From Balamuthia mandrillaris (Eukaryota), in NCBI GenBank assembly GCA_031835245.2, contig JAVKOQ020000020.1, positions 186,001 through 250,000 of the forward strand: 64,000 nucleotides of DNA. Reading direction: 5' to 3'. The position numbers and the translations under genes were made by a program. How positions within the stretch are numbered: position 1 is the stretch's first letter; every line of letters begins with the position of its first letter. This document shows, piece by piece, positions 51,048 through 63,856 of the stretch. The notes beneath the pieces are model-generated. The model ran no database searches. It was not told the origin of the DNA and saw nothing but the letters and a program-made list of their open reading frames with translations.

Positions 51048-52850
51048 TCAAGCATAGCGGGTGGCCGAGTGGTATGCTTGGTTGATGTGCCGTAGAAGCT
51101 CCCAACTGAGAGGATACTTTTGCAGCTTATCGTACATGTCGCGGTTGATTGTGTCAAACAAGTCCTTTTGCTTTGCTTTCAACTCCACTTTTTTTTTTGA
51201 AGTTTATAGCACGTTAGTGTATGTTTATCGGTCTCTTTCTTTTCATTCGTACCATAAAAGTAGTGCCGTTGAGAAGGGTCAGAATACCACGAAAGAAACT
51301 CTTGTTGTGATACGGCGCCTCTCTTGTCCAGATCCACATGTTCCTATTTATAAAAGACAAGGAGAGAAGACAAATAGAAGAAGAAGAAGAAGAAGAAGAA
51401 GAAGAAGAAGAAGAAGAAGAAGAAGAAGAAGAACAGCAAAAGCAAGACGAAGAAGAAGAAGAAGAAGAAGAAGAACAAGAAGAAGAAGAAGAACAAGAAG
51501 AACGACGACAACAAGCATACAAAAAAAGTGAGCACAAGATAAAGAAGAAAAAGGGAAGAGACAAAAAAAACCAGAAAGAGATCTGTGGCAAGTTCGGGCC
51601 ATTCGTTATAAGATGCCCAGCATTCACAAGCGGTGGCAACGGCTTCGCCGCCTTCGGCACCGATCACGCGGGTAAAAGTGTTTCTAAACATGAAAGGGAA
51701 CTTAAGAAGAAAGAAAGGAGTACAAAAAAAAGAAGAAACAAGACTCACAATAAGGAACATTCCAAAGACTTGGTAAAGATTGTAAAGCTGGCCTTATGGA
51801 ATTGTAACAACGTGTCCCTGTCCACTTCTCCTGCGCCATCCTTGTCCATCATCTCAAATGCCACTAATACAACGCATACACTTGCAATAAGAACAACAAC
51901 AACGACAACACAAATCAGAGAAGAGTGAGACCTTTGCCTCGCTCTTGTTTATCTTGTAGCTTGGAAATGGCGACAACCGCTTCTTCCAAAGAGAGAGCAT
52001 GATCCAGATCCTTGTCAAAGACACGAAGGACGAGCTGATGGACGTGATCCTCCAGAAAAGGATTCTTATCAAAGATTTGGAGATGGGTTGCTTCGTCCAC
52101 ACGGCACCAAGTATAATCCGCTGCTGCTCCTGTTGCCTCTGATATCACTTTTACCTTGTTTTGTCGTTCATATGTTACTATTTGTAAAACAGCACCGTAA
52201 GCAAAGAAGCGTTCGGTTTGCTTTGGTTACCATTTTTCTGACTATAGGTAGATGCAAAGTGCATATTTTGAGGACGTCTTTCTTGTCTTTGAGAGGCTCT
52301 TCCAGACAGTCTGTTTTGGTGTACGCTCTCCATATCTCTCTTATTTTCGATGGCCTCACTATCAATGAAGCAAACAGGTCAAGAAAGAAGAAGCAGAAGA
52401 AGAAAAAGAAGAACAAGAAGAAGCAGAAGAAGAAAAAGAAAAAGAAGAAGAAGAAGAAGAAGAGGAAGAACAAGAAGAAGAACAAGAACAAGAACAAGCA
52501 GAAGCAGAAGAAGAAGAAGAAGAAGAAGAACAAGAAGAACAAGAAGAAGAAGAAGAAGAAGAGGAAGAGGAAGAAGAAGAACAAGAAGAAGAAGAAAATA
52601 CGAACGAGAGGAAACGCTGGTGAGCACCTCGAAGAGTCCGGCCTCCACCAACAGACTGGAGTGGAGCTCAAAGCCCAATGTGATCTCTCCCGTTACTCTT
52701 TCTTTGATTTTATCTGACATGTTCTCGCGAGGCACCAATGGAAGTGTGATGGTACTTCCGGTTTGTGCATTGTCTATCATGAGCATTACAGGCAATTCGA
52801 CTTGCCCCACTGAACGTCGTTTTTGGAATCGAAAAAAACATTAGATGAGA

Positions 52851-52898
<48 letters not shown>

Positions 52899-53530
52899 TA
52901 TAAAGAAGCAGAGAGCGAGAGAGAGAGAGAGAGAGAGAACGACGGGATGAAAAAACTCACAAAAGTCATCTCTGCCAATGAGATCGCGGTCAAACACTGA
53001 GACGTTTAACACAGTGTATTCCGCATGCAGACGACTGGTATGAAGGATGATACAAATGAGTGACTAAACCTTATTGAATAGAGAAAAAGAGAATACAGCA
53101 GAGAAAAGAAAGATATCGGAAAGAGGAAGTAACGAACAGCATCAGTTTTTCGTCCCAAACAGGATTCTTCAGAGCAACCAAATAGGCAGGTGAGCCAAGA
53201 AAGTTAAGGTCAGCATTGGAGAACAAGAGAAGAGAGAGAGAGAGAGAGAGAGAGTGAACGATGAAGAGCAGGGAACGATGCAACAAACCAGGGTTTTCTT
53301 TTTGACTTTGGTTTTCTTGTGGGTATCCGAGTTGGAGCCTACCCAAGAAACGACCACATAGGGATCCGACTTGCCTTTAAAAAAAAACAACGCATAAGCC
53401 ACAAAAAGGACTCAAAGCAAGCAAGCAAGGTGTTGGTACCGTTCGAGTCAGCAGGTCGCACGTCATCAGCCTTTATAACGTGAACGAAAATCTCTTCACC
53501 GACAAGCGTGTGATTATATTTCTTGGACAT
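51048..53530 (-). CDS. C2-domain plus multi-EF-hand calcium-binding protein (multi-exon)
   Basis: C2 motifs PADSNGKSDPYV, NPVWDEK and VFDRDLIGRDDF. EF-hands FDKDLDHALSLEE, MDKDGAGEVDRDT and MDLDKRGAVSQQE. Confidence 0.8.
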
Positions 53531-53724
53531 GCTGGTGTGTATGACTTATATGCTGCCCATACGCGTCTTCTTCTTTCTTGCTACTGTAAGATCAAGATAC
53601 CGGTAATGCTTTTTCTTCGTTCTCTCTTTTTCTTGTTCTGTACTGATGAATTAAGTCGTTACAGTCGACCAATACCAATTCATTCACTCAGCGAAACCAA
53701 AGACAAACATTAAGCAGAGAAAGA

Positions 53725-55259
53725 ATGAAGGACGCGAGCAGTGGCAACCTTTGTTGTTGGGACGAGCAACTCATTCCGGAAGAACTGTTGGGGTTCATCT
53801 TTTCTCGGCTTCCAGCAGATATGGTTGCGGTGGCGGCCAGGACCAGCCGCTGGTGGTTCTCCGCGTGCTCTCCGCAACTGCGACACAAACTCTTTGCCAG
53901 GCGGGCTTGCAGCGCGCTCCCCTTGTTGCAATGGGCCATGGCCAACGGCTATTGTTTGAACGAGGACACTTGTACGCTAGCCGCCGGACAAGGCTGCTTG
54001 GAGGTCTTGCAGTGGGCCAGACAAGAGAAGGGCTGCCCCTGGACCGAGGCGGCTTTCACCGCGGCTGCAGCTGGCGGGCATTTGGAAGTGCTGCAATGGC
54101 TTCACCAGAGCGGATGCCCTTGCGATGAGGAGGATGTGCTTTGCGCAGCAGCAAGTGGCGGACATTTGCAAGTCTTGAAGTGGGCTCATGGCGAGTACTT
54201 CGAAATCCCCGATAGCGCTTTCAAGGGAGCGGCTTACAACGGCCATTTGGCCGTTTTGGAATGGGGCCACGAGAACGGATTGCCTTTGCAAAAGACGGAC
54301 ATCTTCTCCGGGGCAGTGAAGGGAGGACACATGACAGTGTTGAAGTGGATAGCACAAGTTCTGGGAAATGAGGCACCTTCATTGTCTTCATTTTCAAGCG
54401 ACGTCAGCTGCGCGATTGCTGCAAGTAATGGAAACCTGGAGATGCTAAAGTGGTTGCACGAACAAGGTTGTCCTTGGGATGCATCGACATTCGACAGAGC
54501 GGCTGTGAGCGGTGATCTGGAAGTTGCCAAGTGGATGCACGCCCAGGGCTGTCCTTGGGAAGCATCAACATGCAACACAGCGGCAAAAGAAGGACATTTG
54601 GACTTCTTAAAATGGGCGCGAGAGAACGGGTGTCCTGGGACAAACGTGCCTGCATCTTTGCAGCCCAACAAGGCCATTGGGAGATTTTGCGGTGGCTCCA
54701 TGAGAATGGATGCCCTTGGAGCGCCAAGGCTTGCGCCTATGCAGCTGATAGGGGACATTTCGAGATTCTGAAGTGGCTTCGCGAGAATAGCTGCCCTTGG
54801 AACAGTCGGGCTTGTTCTTGGGCCGCCCTTCAGGGTCACTTAGATATTCTGAAGTGGCTGCGTGCAAACGGATGCCCTTGGAATGAAGCGACTTGCCTCA
54901 GTGCGGCAGGAAATGGGCATATAGAGGTGTTGGAGTGGGCGCGTGCAAATGGATGCCCTTGGGATGACGCTGGCGTGGCCGAAGAAGCCGCTTTTTATGG
55001 CAAAAGGAAGGTGTTGCAGTGGCTTAGGCAAAATGGCTACGCTTGGACTGAGGAGACAAGCGCGCTCGCAGCACGAAACCCCAACCTGAAAACACTGCAG
55101 TGGCTTCGCGATAACGGATGCCCTTGGGATATCAGAACATGTGAGACTGCAGTTTCGTACAACAATTGGCGTGTTGCCAGGTGGGCGCATGAGAACGGGT
55201 GCCCTTGGAATGAAGATACATGTGGTAAATGGGAGCAAGTACTCCAGCGAACTCCATGA
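53725..55259 (+). CDS. F-box-like plus 'GCPW' ankyrin-repeat protein (giant-virus/amoeba type) with a 1-bp frameshift near 54636
   Basis: IPEELLGFIFSRL followed by many AAxxGHLEVLKWAxENGCPW repeats. The repeats continue in another frame after TGTCCTGGGAC, where TGT CCT TGG GAC is expected. Confidence 0.8.
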
Positions 55260-55293
55260 ACATTTCTTATGTTTTTCAAATAACAAGGTAACT

Positions 55294-56099
55294 TCATTCT
55301 ATGCTTTCTTTTGCTTTGGAGCAAGTGTCCAGGTATTCCGCCCACTGATGGACGACGTCCTCTTGAGCTTTGGTTTCCACTGAGCGCGGTCGCAAAGACC
55401 GTACCAGTTGGATGGCTTTCTCTCCGTCGAAAACAAGCCCCTCTTCTCCAATCTCCTCCATCTTTCTCTTTTTGAAACTGTAATGAAGGAGATAAACCGC
55501 CAACATGGTGCCTGTTCGGCCAGAGCCGCCAAAGCAATGAACTACCACTGCCCCTGTACGTTGTTCGTCGTGCTGCTCTTCTTTCTGTTGTTTTTGGGGG
55601 AGTTCCAACTGTTGGTCAATGAAAGCGCACAACTCTTTCACCTGTTGGGCTGTTGGGATATTATAGTCGGGCACTGGCAGGTGCAAGTAAGCAAAACCGT
55701 TCTCTTTCACCTGTTCTTCATCCAAAGGCCACTCCGTCAGAGAGACAATGGCTGTTTAAAATGGGCTCAGCGGAACGGAGAACCGAGATAAGAAAAGAAG
55801 CGAGAGAACCAACCGGTTATTCCATAATCCCGCAGCTCGGACAGCTCCAGAGCAAGAGGCCGCCAAGAGCCCAGCACTACCGTGGAAGTAAAGGTAAGTC
55901 ATTGGTACAAGCCGCAAGCACAAGAAACGAAAAGAAAAGAAAAGAAAAGAAAAGAAAAGAAAAGAAAAGAAAAGAAAAGAAAAAGAAAAAGAAAAAGAAA
56001 AGAAAAAGAAAAAGAAAAGAAATAAGTACCACCACAGCCAGCGAGTTTCTTTGGTAATACAAAAGAAAAGTTGGGGAGGTTGCAGGCACGATCCTGCAT
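55294..56099 (-). CDS. Small dual-specificity phosphatase (DUSP23-like)
   Basis: PNFSFVLPKKLAGCG, LHLPVPDY, VVVHCFGGSGRTGTMLA (HCx5R) and AIQLVRSLRPRSVET. Confidence 0.88.
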
Positions 56100-56219
56100 G
56101 TTCTTTTTTTATTTTTTTTTATTTTTGTTTACTTTTATTGTCCACCGATAATAGAAAAGGAGATCTTAGAGGATCCAAAACTCAGCCTCCTCTTCTGCAC
56201 CCTCCGTCAAGGAGAAAGA

Positions 56220-56800
56220 AGGACATCCGTTTGCCCATTGCAACACCTCAGAATGTCCGTGCTGCTGGGAGGCAAAGGCACAAGTCAGTTCATCCAAGGG
56301 CATTGCAACACCGCCGCCAAATCGATCCATTCTCTGCCGCGTAGGCGCAAGTCAGTGTGTTCCAAGGACATCCGTTCTCTCGCGCCCAGTTCAGCACCTC
56401 CAAATGACCATGCCCAGTAATGTAGGCACAGGTCTTGGTGTCCCAGGGACATCCGTTTTGCCTCAGCCACTTCACTGCCTCAAAGTAACCCCTTGGCATT
56501 GTAAAACTTCCCTGCGACCACCCTCTGCAACGCTGGTGCAGCCTCTTTCATCCCAAAGGCCGTCCGTGCGCCCATTTCAGCACCTCCAGGTGACCATGCA
56601 AGGCGGACTTATTCCAGGGGCAGTTCTGTTGAACGCCCACCGCAAGGTGGCCAGGGAGGTGCACACTCACTTCACAAAGAACGGCGAAGGTGAGCAGGGC
56701 TGCAGTCAAACCATCTCCGGCATGTCCTAGCGGCGGGCGCACACGCTCTCCTTTGGTAAGAAGCATTTGCAAGTGTGTTTCATCCGGCATTGCGTCTACA
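56220..56800 (-). pseudogene. Decayed 'GCPW' ankyrin-repeat gene
   Basis: Fragments NCPWNKSALHGHLEVLKWAH and KWLRQNGCPWDTKTCAY...WARENGCPWNTLTCAYAAENG scattered across frames. Confidence 0.7.
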
Positions 56801-57063
56801 TCAGGAACGGCCGGTATGGACCGGACCTCCTCAGCAAACGATGGGGGTTGCTTCCAAAATAAAATAAAACTGAGGCCCCTCAGACAAAAATTTATGTTAC
56901 ATTCTCGCAGGTGGTGGGATTCGAACCCGAGGACACTGATAGGAACCCTCGACGTGGAAATTTCCGATAAATGTCGACAAAGAAAAACGCGAAAAAAAAA
57001 AAACGGAGAAGAGTGAAAGACACGAAAAAGATATTCAAGAAACAAACAAACAAAAAAAAAAAC

Positions 57064-57094
<31 letters not shown>

Positions 57095-57243
57095 TAACCT
57101 CTCCTTTCCCTCTTTCTATTTTTATCTATATTTTTCTCTTCTGTTCTTCTTCTTTCTTGTGTGGGAAAAAAAAACAAAACTGTATTGAAGTTGTTAACCA
57201 AACGAAAGCTGTTTTGATCAAAGAAGCGCTATATAGCAATAAG

Positions 57244-58056
57244 ATGAGGATTTTGGTGCAAGACGGCAAACGAACGCGGAGACCGCCTCCACCCGTTGGC
57301 CCAACGCGGTTCGCTACCACAGGTCAATCCGGCCACCCTCCTCCTGCCCCAGGCAACGCCCCCACCGCCCCAGCAGTATCACCTGCCACCACGACCGCTA
57401 CCTCTTCTGCTGCTGTTACTGCTCCGTCTCTTCTCTCCTCCACTACTTCTTCTGCTTCCGCTTCTTCTTTGTTGAACCGAACCACTACAAATACCTCCTC
57501 TTCCACCAGCAGTTCACATCAAACCCACCACCACCAACACCACCACAGATATGCTACTCCTTCGGCGGGTGCGACCGCCAATAACAACACAACCATGCCC
57601 AAATCTAAAAAGCTTCGCTCCTCTGCTTCTCCCCCTTCTTCTCCTCTTCGTTTCGACCCTACTGCTCGAGCAGGAAGCGGAGAGAGAAGAGGAGCGGTTG
57701 GAGTGGAGGAGGAGGAGGAAGAAACAGAAGAAGGAGAGGCACACAAAGGAAAGGAAAAGGAGGAAAAAGATCAGGAAATGAAAGAGAAAGGGGAGGAAGA
57801 CGGAGGAGAAGAGGAAGAGAACGAAGGAAAAGATAAAGGAGAAGAAGAAGAGGAAGAAGAGAAGGAAGGCTATAACAGTGCCGATGAACATAGTGGACTA
57901 CCTGCCTTGTCGCTGAGGCCCACCAGCCCTCAAGACGAACTCGCCTTTGAGACCTTTCTGAAGAAGCAAGGCCTTTCTGTGCGACGAATGAAGGGCGATG
58001 GCAATTGCCTCTTTCGTGCTGTTGGTTCGTCCTATTCTTTTGCTCTATTTTATTTC

Positions 58057-58107
<51 letters not shown>

Positions 58108-59095
58108 CTGCTTCATCACTTTATCGTTTTTTTGCTTGTTAATGTCTTCTTATTATTACAGCTGATCAAGTTTATGGCGACCAAGAAATGCACGACATTA
58201 TACGAAAGAATTGTATGGACTTTATGGTAACTGAGCCTCTCTTTCTGCTGCTTACTCTTTTTATTCCTCTCCTCTCCTCTCCTCTCCTCTCCTCTCCTCT
58301 CTCTCTCTCTCTCTCTCTCTCCTTTTCTATGCTATCGGACTTGGCTAACACGCTCTTAGCAAGGAGAAAGCGCGCATTACTCCCAATTCATTGCAGAAAA
58401 TTTTGATGATTACATTCGGCGGAAGCGACAAGACAAGGAGTATGGTAACAACATCGAACTACAAGCACTTACCGAGCTCTTCAATCGGCCCATTCAGCTC
58501 TATGCCTATGGCCACGAAAGTATGTGATGCTTTTCTTAATGTTTTATTTCTTATTCCTTCCATTTTTCACTTTGTTCCTCTTTGTTGATTTTATTTGTTC
58601 TTCCATTCTTTGTTTCACTATTTCTCTCGCTTCCAAACCCAAAACTTACCAACCATACCAACCAACCAATCATAAACAGAGCCACTGAACATCTTCCATG
58701 GGACATACACCACAGACAACCCGCCCCTCCGCCTCAGCTATCACCACGGCAATCACTACAACTCGGTGGTTGACCCTAACAATCCCACTTTCGGCGTCGG
58801 GTTGGGGTTACCTGGACTTCAACCCGGTTTGGCAGACAAACTGCAGCTGGAACGCGCCCAGAGCGAGTCCGAGTTGACCCTCCTCGAGCAGAACCTGCTG
58901 AGGCAGTCACAGCTGGCTGCGGATTGGGAGGCCACGGAGTTGGAATTGGAAGAGGCCATTTTGAGGCAGTCGGAGCAAGAGTACTGGGATTCGTTGTTGC
59001 ACCAGATGCAGCAGCAACAACAGGAGGCTGCGTCGACATCGACGACAAGTTCAACGAGCAGCAGTACCAGTCACTACTCAAAGTGGGAAAAGTAG
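57244..59095 (+). CDS. OTUD5: OTU-domain deubiquitinase, OTUD5/DUBA-like, with a UIM-like tail (4 exons)
   Basis: GYNSADE activation motif, GDGNCLFRAV, YGNNIELQA, LSYHHGNHYNSV, GVGLGLP and LEEAILRQSEQEY. Confidence 0.88.
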
Positions 59096-59336
59096 CAGAG
59101 AGGAGAAAGGGTGTGGCCAAGTTGTGATGGCTTTTTTTTTTCTGTGTTATTTATTGTAAAGACAAAAAAGTAAACAACAGTACGTTGGGATTGCTGAGAC
59201 TAACGGAACAATGTTGAGAAAGTGAGTTTGGTGAGCTTTCTTCCCGCAAGTGATCCAGACCCAGTACGGCCTTAGGCATCCACCAAGAAAGAGATGTTGA
59301 TGTTGCAAGAAGAGCGCAAAGGGCAAAAAAGAGAGC

Positions 59337-59455
59337 AGGATACAGCACGATGGATTCCCGGGTGGTCACCCACCCCAGTACTAACATCGCCTGGCGGAGC
59401 TTAACTTCGCTGATCGGACGGGAAGCGGCGCTTTCTCCGCAGTATGGCCGTATCC
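59337..59455 (-). rRNA. 5S rRNA (119 nt)
   Basis: GGATACGGCCATACT...CCGATCAGCGAAGTTAAGC...TTAGTACTGGGGTGGGTGACCACCCGGGAATCC...GTATCCT, followed by a T-run. Confidence 0.96.
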
Positions 59456-60231
59456 GACCTCCTCCCCTCTCCTGTCGTATCCAGCATTGACGATTCCTTC
59501 TTGCTGGAGTGCCCTATAGACCCACTCCTTCGCGTCATACGCCCCTACCCTTTTGCTTTATCTGATTCTTAGTCTTTGATTTTTTCCCCTATATATCCAA
59601 AGGCTGTGCCTGTGTGTTTGTATGTTGTTTAAAATAAGAAGAAGCTGAGCATCAGCAAGTATCCGGCGACCCTTCTACTTATGCTTTGTTGTTTAGTGAG
59701 ATGAAAGGTGGACCGTTGCAACAAACTCTGCAGGGGTGCTACGCAGAGCCGATCCGCGGTGTGAAGGCGGTTCAGCCAGCAAGCCAGCGAACCAAAAAGC
59801 ACCTCACACCCTCCCTAAGGAGAAAAATAGGTTTAATCAAAAGAGACAGTCTTGAAGGACATGTCATCCAGGGATTAAGCTTGATAGAACAGATACTACA
59901 CTTGATCGGAGCCGATGTCCGAGAAGATAGGTTCTGGCATTGCTGCGTGGAGCTATCTTGTTCCTGTTGCCCTTTGAGTTTTCAGTTATGGGCGAGGAAA
60001 GGGTAGGGAACTTGGGGGTGTGATGTCATTCATGTCGGCACGAAATTTTATCATTTTGCCTGAGGACTGGATTGGGGAGAGTGGAAGGTACCGCAAAGAT
60101 AGAAAGGAGAGAGACATGGTTTATGGTTCATCGAAGACAATGTGTTTCAAACGGGAGGATGCTCTTAGGTGTGCGTCAAGGGTTTTTTTTTTTTTGCTTA
60201 CACATATTCTCGAGAACGAGATGGTATGCTG

Positions 60232-60276
<45 letters not shown>

Positions 60277-60468
60277 GATTCCCGACAGGCAAAAGAGAGA
60301 GCTGAGAAATTGAGTTCGAAGCTGGAGAGGGGAAAAAATCAAAGACTAAGAATCCGATAAAGCAAAAGGGTAGGGGCATATGACGCGAAGGAGTGTTAGT
60401 GGGTCTGTAGGACACTCCAGCAAGAAGGAATCGTCAACGCTGGATACGACAGGAGAGTGGAAGAGGTC

Positions 60469-60587
60469 GGATACGGCCATACTGCGGAGAAAGCACCGCT
60501 TCCCGTCCGATCAGCGAAGTTAAGCTCCGCCAGGCGATGTTAGTACTGGGGTGGGTGACCACCCGGGAATCCATCGTGCTGTATCCT
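60469..60587 (+). rRNA. 5S rRNA (119 nt)
   Basis: Same sequence except one substitution (GCACCG versus GCGCCG); poly-T terminator follows. Confidence 0.97.
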
Positions 60588-60686
60588 CCTTTTTTTTTTT
60601 TTTTGCTTTCGTTCCTTCCTTCCCCTCTTCACTCTTTTCTTCTTTTACCCTTTGTATCCTCCTTTTTTTTGCTTCTACCGGGAATT

Positions 60687-60715
60687 GGTGCTTTCTCCGC
60701 AGTATGGCTGTATCC
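60687..60715 (-). pseudogene. Truncated 5S rRNA (5' 29 nt) with partial upstream flank
   Basis: Reverse complement GGATACAGCCATACTGCGGAGAAAGCACC, preceded by CCAGCAAGAAGG...AATGCT shared with the full copies. Confidence 0.8.
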
Positions 60716-61109
60716 AGCATTAAAGATCCCTTCTTGCTGGATTCCCCTATCCGACATCAAATGCAATTCTTGTGGCTTCATGCATGTACTGCTTATTGCA
60801 ACAGTATGTGTTCCTGTCTTTCTTTCTCTAGCAGACTTGCATTGAAAGTTCGGTGCTCAAGCCTTATGGATCAAAATTGAAACGCTGACCATCGCATCAA
60901 CAAGAGTTTGCTCAACATCAGCGGCCAGTTGAACGGTCATTACAACACAACGCCGACAGAATTAACCGCAATGATTTGACTGCTTCGCTCTCATTGCTTC
61001 AATAACGTTTATGCACAGTTAGAGGATGGCGGTTGATGGAGGGACACCTCTCAACAGGAATTCTTCTTTTCCTTTGCCTCTCTCTCTCTCTCCCCTCTCT
61101 CTCTCTCTC

Positions 61110-61141
<32 letters not shown>

Positions 61142-61372
61142 CTCTCTCCACTCGGCCGGGATGCTCTCACCGGCGGAAAAATAACGCAAAATCACCACTT
61201 CCAATAAAATTTCGCCACGTCAGCAGGATGCTTCTGAAATAGGAAATTTTTCGAAAATGAAAAACCGAATTTCTCCTCTAACAAACAATGGAACCCTGCT
61301 ACGCTTTTTTCTCATTTTTTTTTTGTATCGCCACTACTCCACACCACACTACTCAAAGAGTAGAGAGAGAGA

Positions 61373-63703
61373 ATGAGAAGTAGTGCTGCTTGTTGTTGCT
61401 TGGTGGTGCTGCTGGCGGTGGTCGCGCGGGCACACCCCTTGGCCGCCCCTCCGGTTCTTGTGGCTGCTGAGGAGGAGAAGGGGGAGACCTGGAGACGGAT
61501 AGAGGTGGAGGAGGAGGCGCAGCTTCAGGACCTTACTTTCATGCCAAGGGACACCTCAGACAAACCCGTTTTCGTTCATTTGGCCTTCGCTGGCGCTCCT
61601 ACTCGTATGGCTGTGTCTTGGTGGACCCAAGGTTTGTACGTTACAAACACTTCAACGGAAGCACATTTTCTCAGTCGTTTGTTTTCTGGCTCTCTTTACT
61701 TTATGTAGTGAAAACGGAAGCCTCAGTGGTCAAGTACGGTCTTCAACCGTACGTACCTTTTCTTCCTCCTCTCTGGTTGTGCTGCTGCTGCTGCTGCTGC
61801 TTCTTCTTCTTCTTCTTCTTCTTCTTCTTCTTCTTCTTCTTCTTCTTCTTCTTCTTCTTCTTCTTGTTCTTGTTCTTCTTCTTCTTCTTGTTCTTCTTTT
61901 TCTTCTTCTTCTTCTTCTTCTTCTTGTTCTTCTTCTTCTTCTTCTTCTTCTTCTTCTTCTTCTTCTTCTTCTTCTTCTTCTTCTTCTTCTTCTTCTTCTT
62001 CTTCTTCTTCTTCCTCTCGTCACCTCTAACTGAAACTACAACAGAGGAAAGTACACAAGTGCCGCCAAAGGCACTTCACGAACCTACAAAGAGAGCATCG
62101 GCTACACGCACGATGTCGTGTTGACCGACCTCGTTCCTGGCAGCACCTATTACTATATCTGTGGTGATGGAAGCAGCGACGTCTCTAAATGGAGCGCTGA
62201 GTATAACTTTACTGCAGCTCCTGTGAGGGGACCTCCCGCCACTGCGCCTACTCGGGTGGCCATGTACGGAGACATGGGCACCTGGTACTCCTCTGACACT
62301 ATCAAGCGAGTGGCTGAGCTCATCCATAAAGGAAGCTTGGACTTTGTTTATCACGTTGGAGACATGTCGTACGTTATTTTCGGTTTTTACGTTCTTTTGT
62401 GCTTCTTTGTGCCTTTGTAGTGCTGTTCTCCTCACCTACGACCTTGTACTTTGTTTGTAGGTATGCCAACGATAGAATAAGTTACTGGTACCAGTCTGTT
62501 TGGGATGAATGGTTCGGAATGATGACTCCGGTTATGTCTCGCGTGCCATACATGGTATTCACCCTTGCTTATCTTGCATGCTTCTCTTTCTTCTATTTGA
62601 TTTCTTCGTTTCCTGAACTGCTTTCTGTTTCTTCTACTTCCACTGATCTTCAAACAAAACTAAAGGTATGCCCAGGAAACCATGAGCAACAGTCAGGCTT
62701 TCCAACATTGTCCTACTCCACAAAGTTTAATCTCTACAACTATCGGTTCAGAATGCCCTTCCAGGAGAGCAACAGCACTGGACAGAACATGTGGTTCAGC
62801 TTCGATTACAAGAACGTCCATTTCATTAGCATTAGCACTGAAACTGATTTTCCTGGATGGTTCTTTCATCTTCTGCTTGTTCTATCTTCTTCCTTCTTCC
62901 TTTTTCTTTGTCTTCGTCTGACTTTGTTAACAAAAAAACAGTCCCTTTGCTGATACATTTGGAAATCAACTGGCATGGCTGGAAGCTGACTTGCAAAAAG
63001 CCAACAATAACAGAGCGCAGGTGCCTTGGATCATCGTTGTTGGCCACAGACCAATGTACAGCTCTGTGGACAGCATCTACGTCCAGTGGTATGTTGACGG
63101 CTTGAGAAAGGCTGTTGAAAAGGTATCTTCTCGCTCCTGTCTTCATCGCCCTCTTCTCTTTATCATTCTCTTCGTCGTGCTCTTCGTTCGCTTATTCTCT
63201 TCCTCGTTTACTTCTCCTAACACAAACCAAATAAAACAAAGTTGTTCCACACGTATCAAGTAGATCTTTACGTTTGCGGCCATGTCCATTCCTACGAACG
63301 TACTTGGCCCTTGCTGGATGGCAAAAAGACGGCCTCTTCCTACGACCACCCTCCTTCTCTCTCCCAAATCGTCACGGGCGCTGCTGGCGTACGTTTCTTT
63401 CGTTCTTCCGTTCGCCTGTTCATTCCTAACATTGTTCTCTTGCAGTGTATTGAAGGCTTAAACGATGGCTGGGCGTCTTCTCCAGCTGCTGTACGTCCCT
63501 CTTTCTTTCTTGTCGTTTCTTTCTTTCTTTCTCACTCTCTCGCTCTCGCTCTCGCTCTCTCTTAAACAAAGTGGTCAGCCCATCGGTATGGCAAAGGTGA
63601 AGGCTATGGCGTGTTGGAGGTCTTCAACAGCACCACCCTGCAATGGAGCTTCTTCCGCTCCGCTGATAACGGCCTCGAGGACTTTTTCGTTCTTCGTAAG
63701 TAA
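61373..63703 (+). CDS. Secreted purple acid phosphatase (FN3 plus metallophosphoesterase; multi-exon)
   Basis: Signal peptide; YGDMG, HVGDMSY, CPGNHE, VGHRPMY and CGHVHSYER metal-ligand motifs. Confidence 0.93.
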
Positions 63704-63856
63704 AAAACATGAGGCTTCATCTCTCTCTCAAAAAGTTTTGTGAATGTTTTGTTTCTGAAAGAAAGAAAGATGAGATGAGATTAAATAAAAAGTGGATGAG
63801 TGTTATTTTTTTAAATTCGTTTAGAAGAGAAAAGAAAGTCTATTTTTTTTTTTTTT

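Noticed and set aside
59590..60327. Transposon with 5S-containing terminal inverted repeats
   Set aside because: There is no transposase-like ORF in the spacer and no target-site duplication is visible. An inverted duplication explains it.
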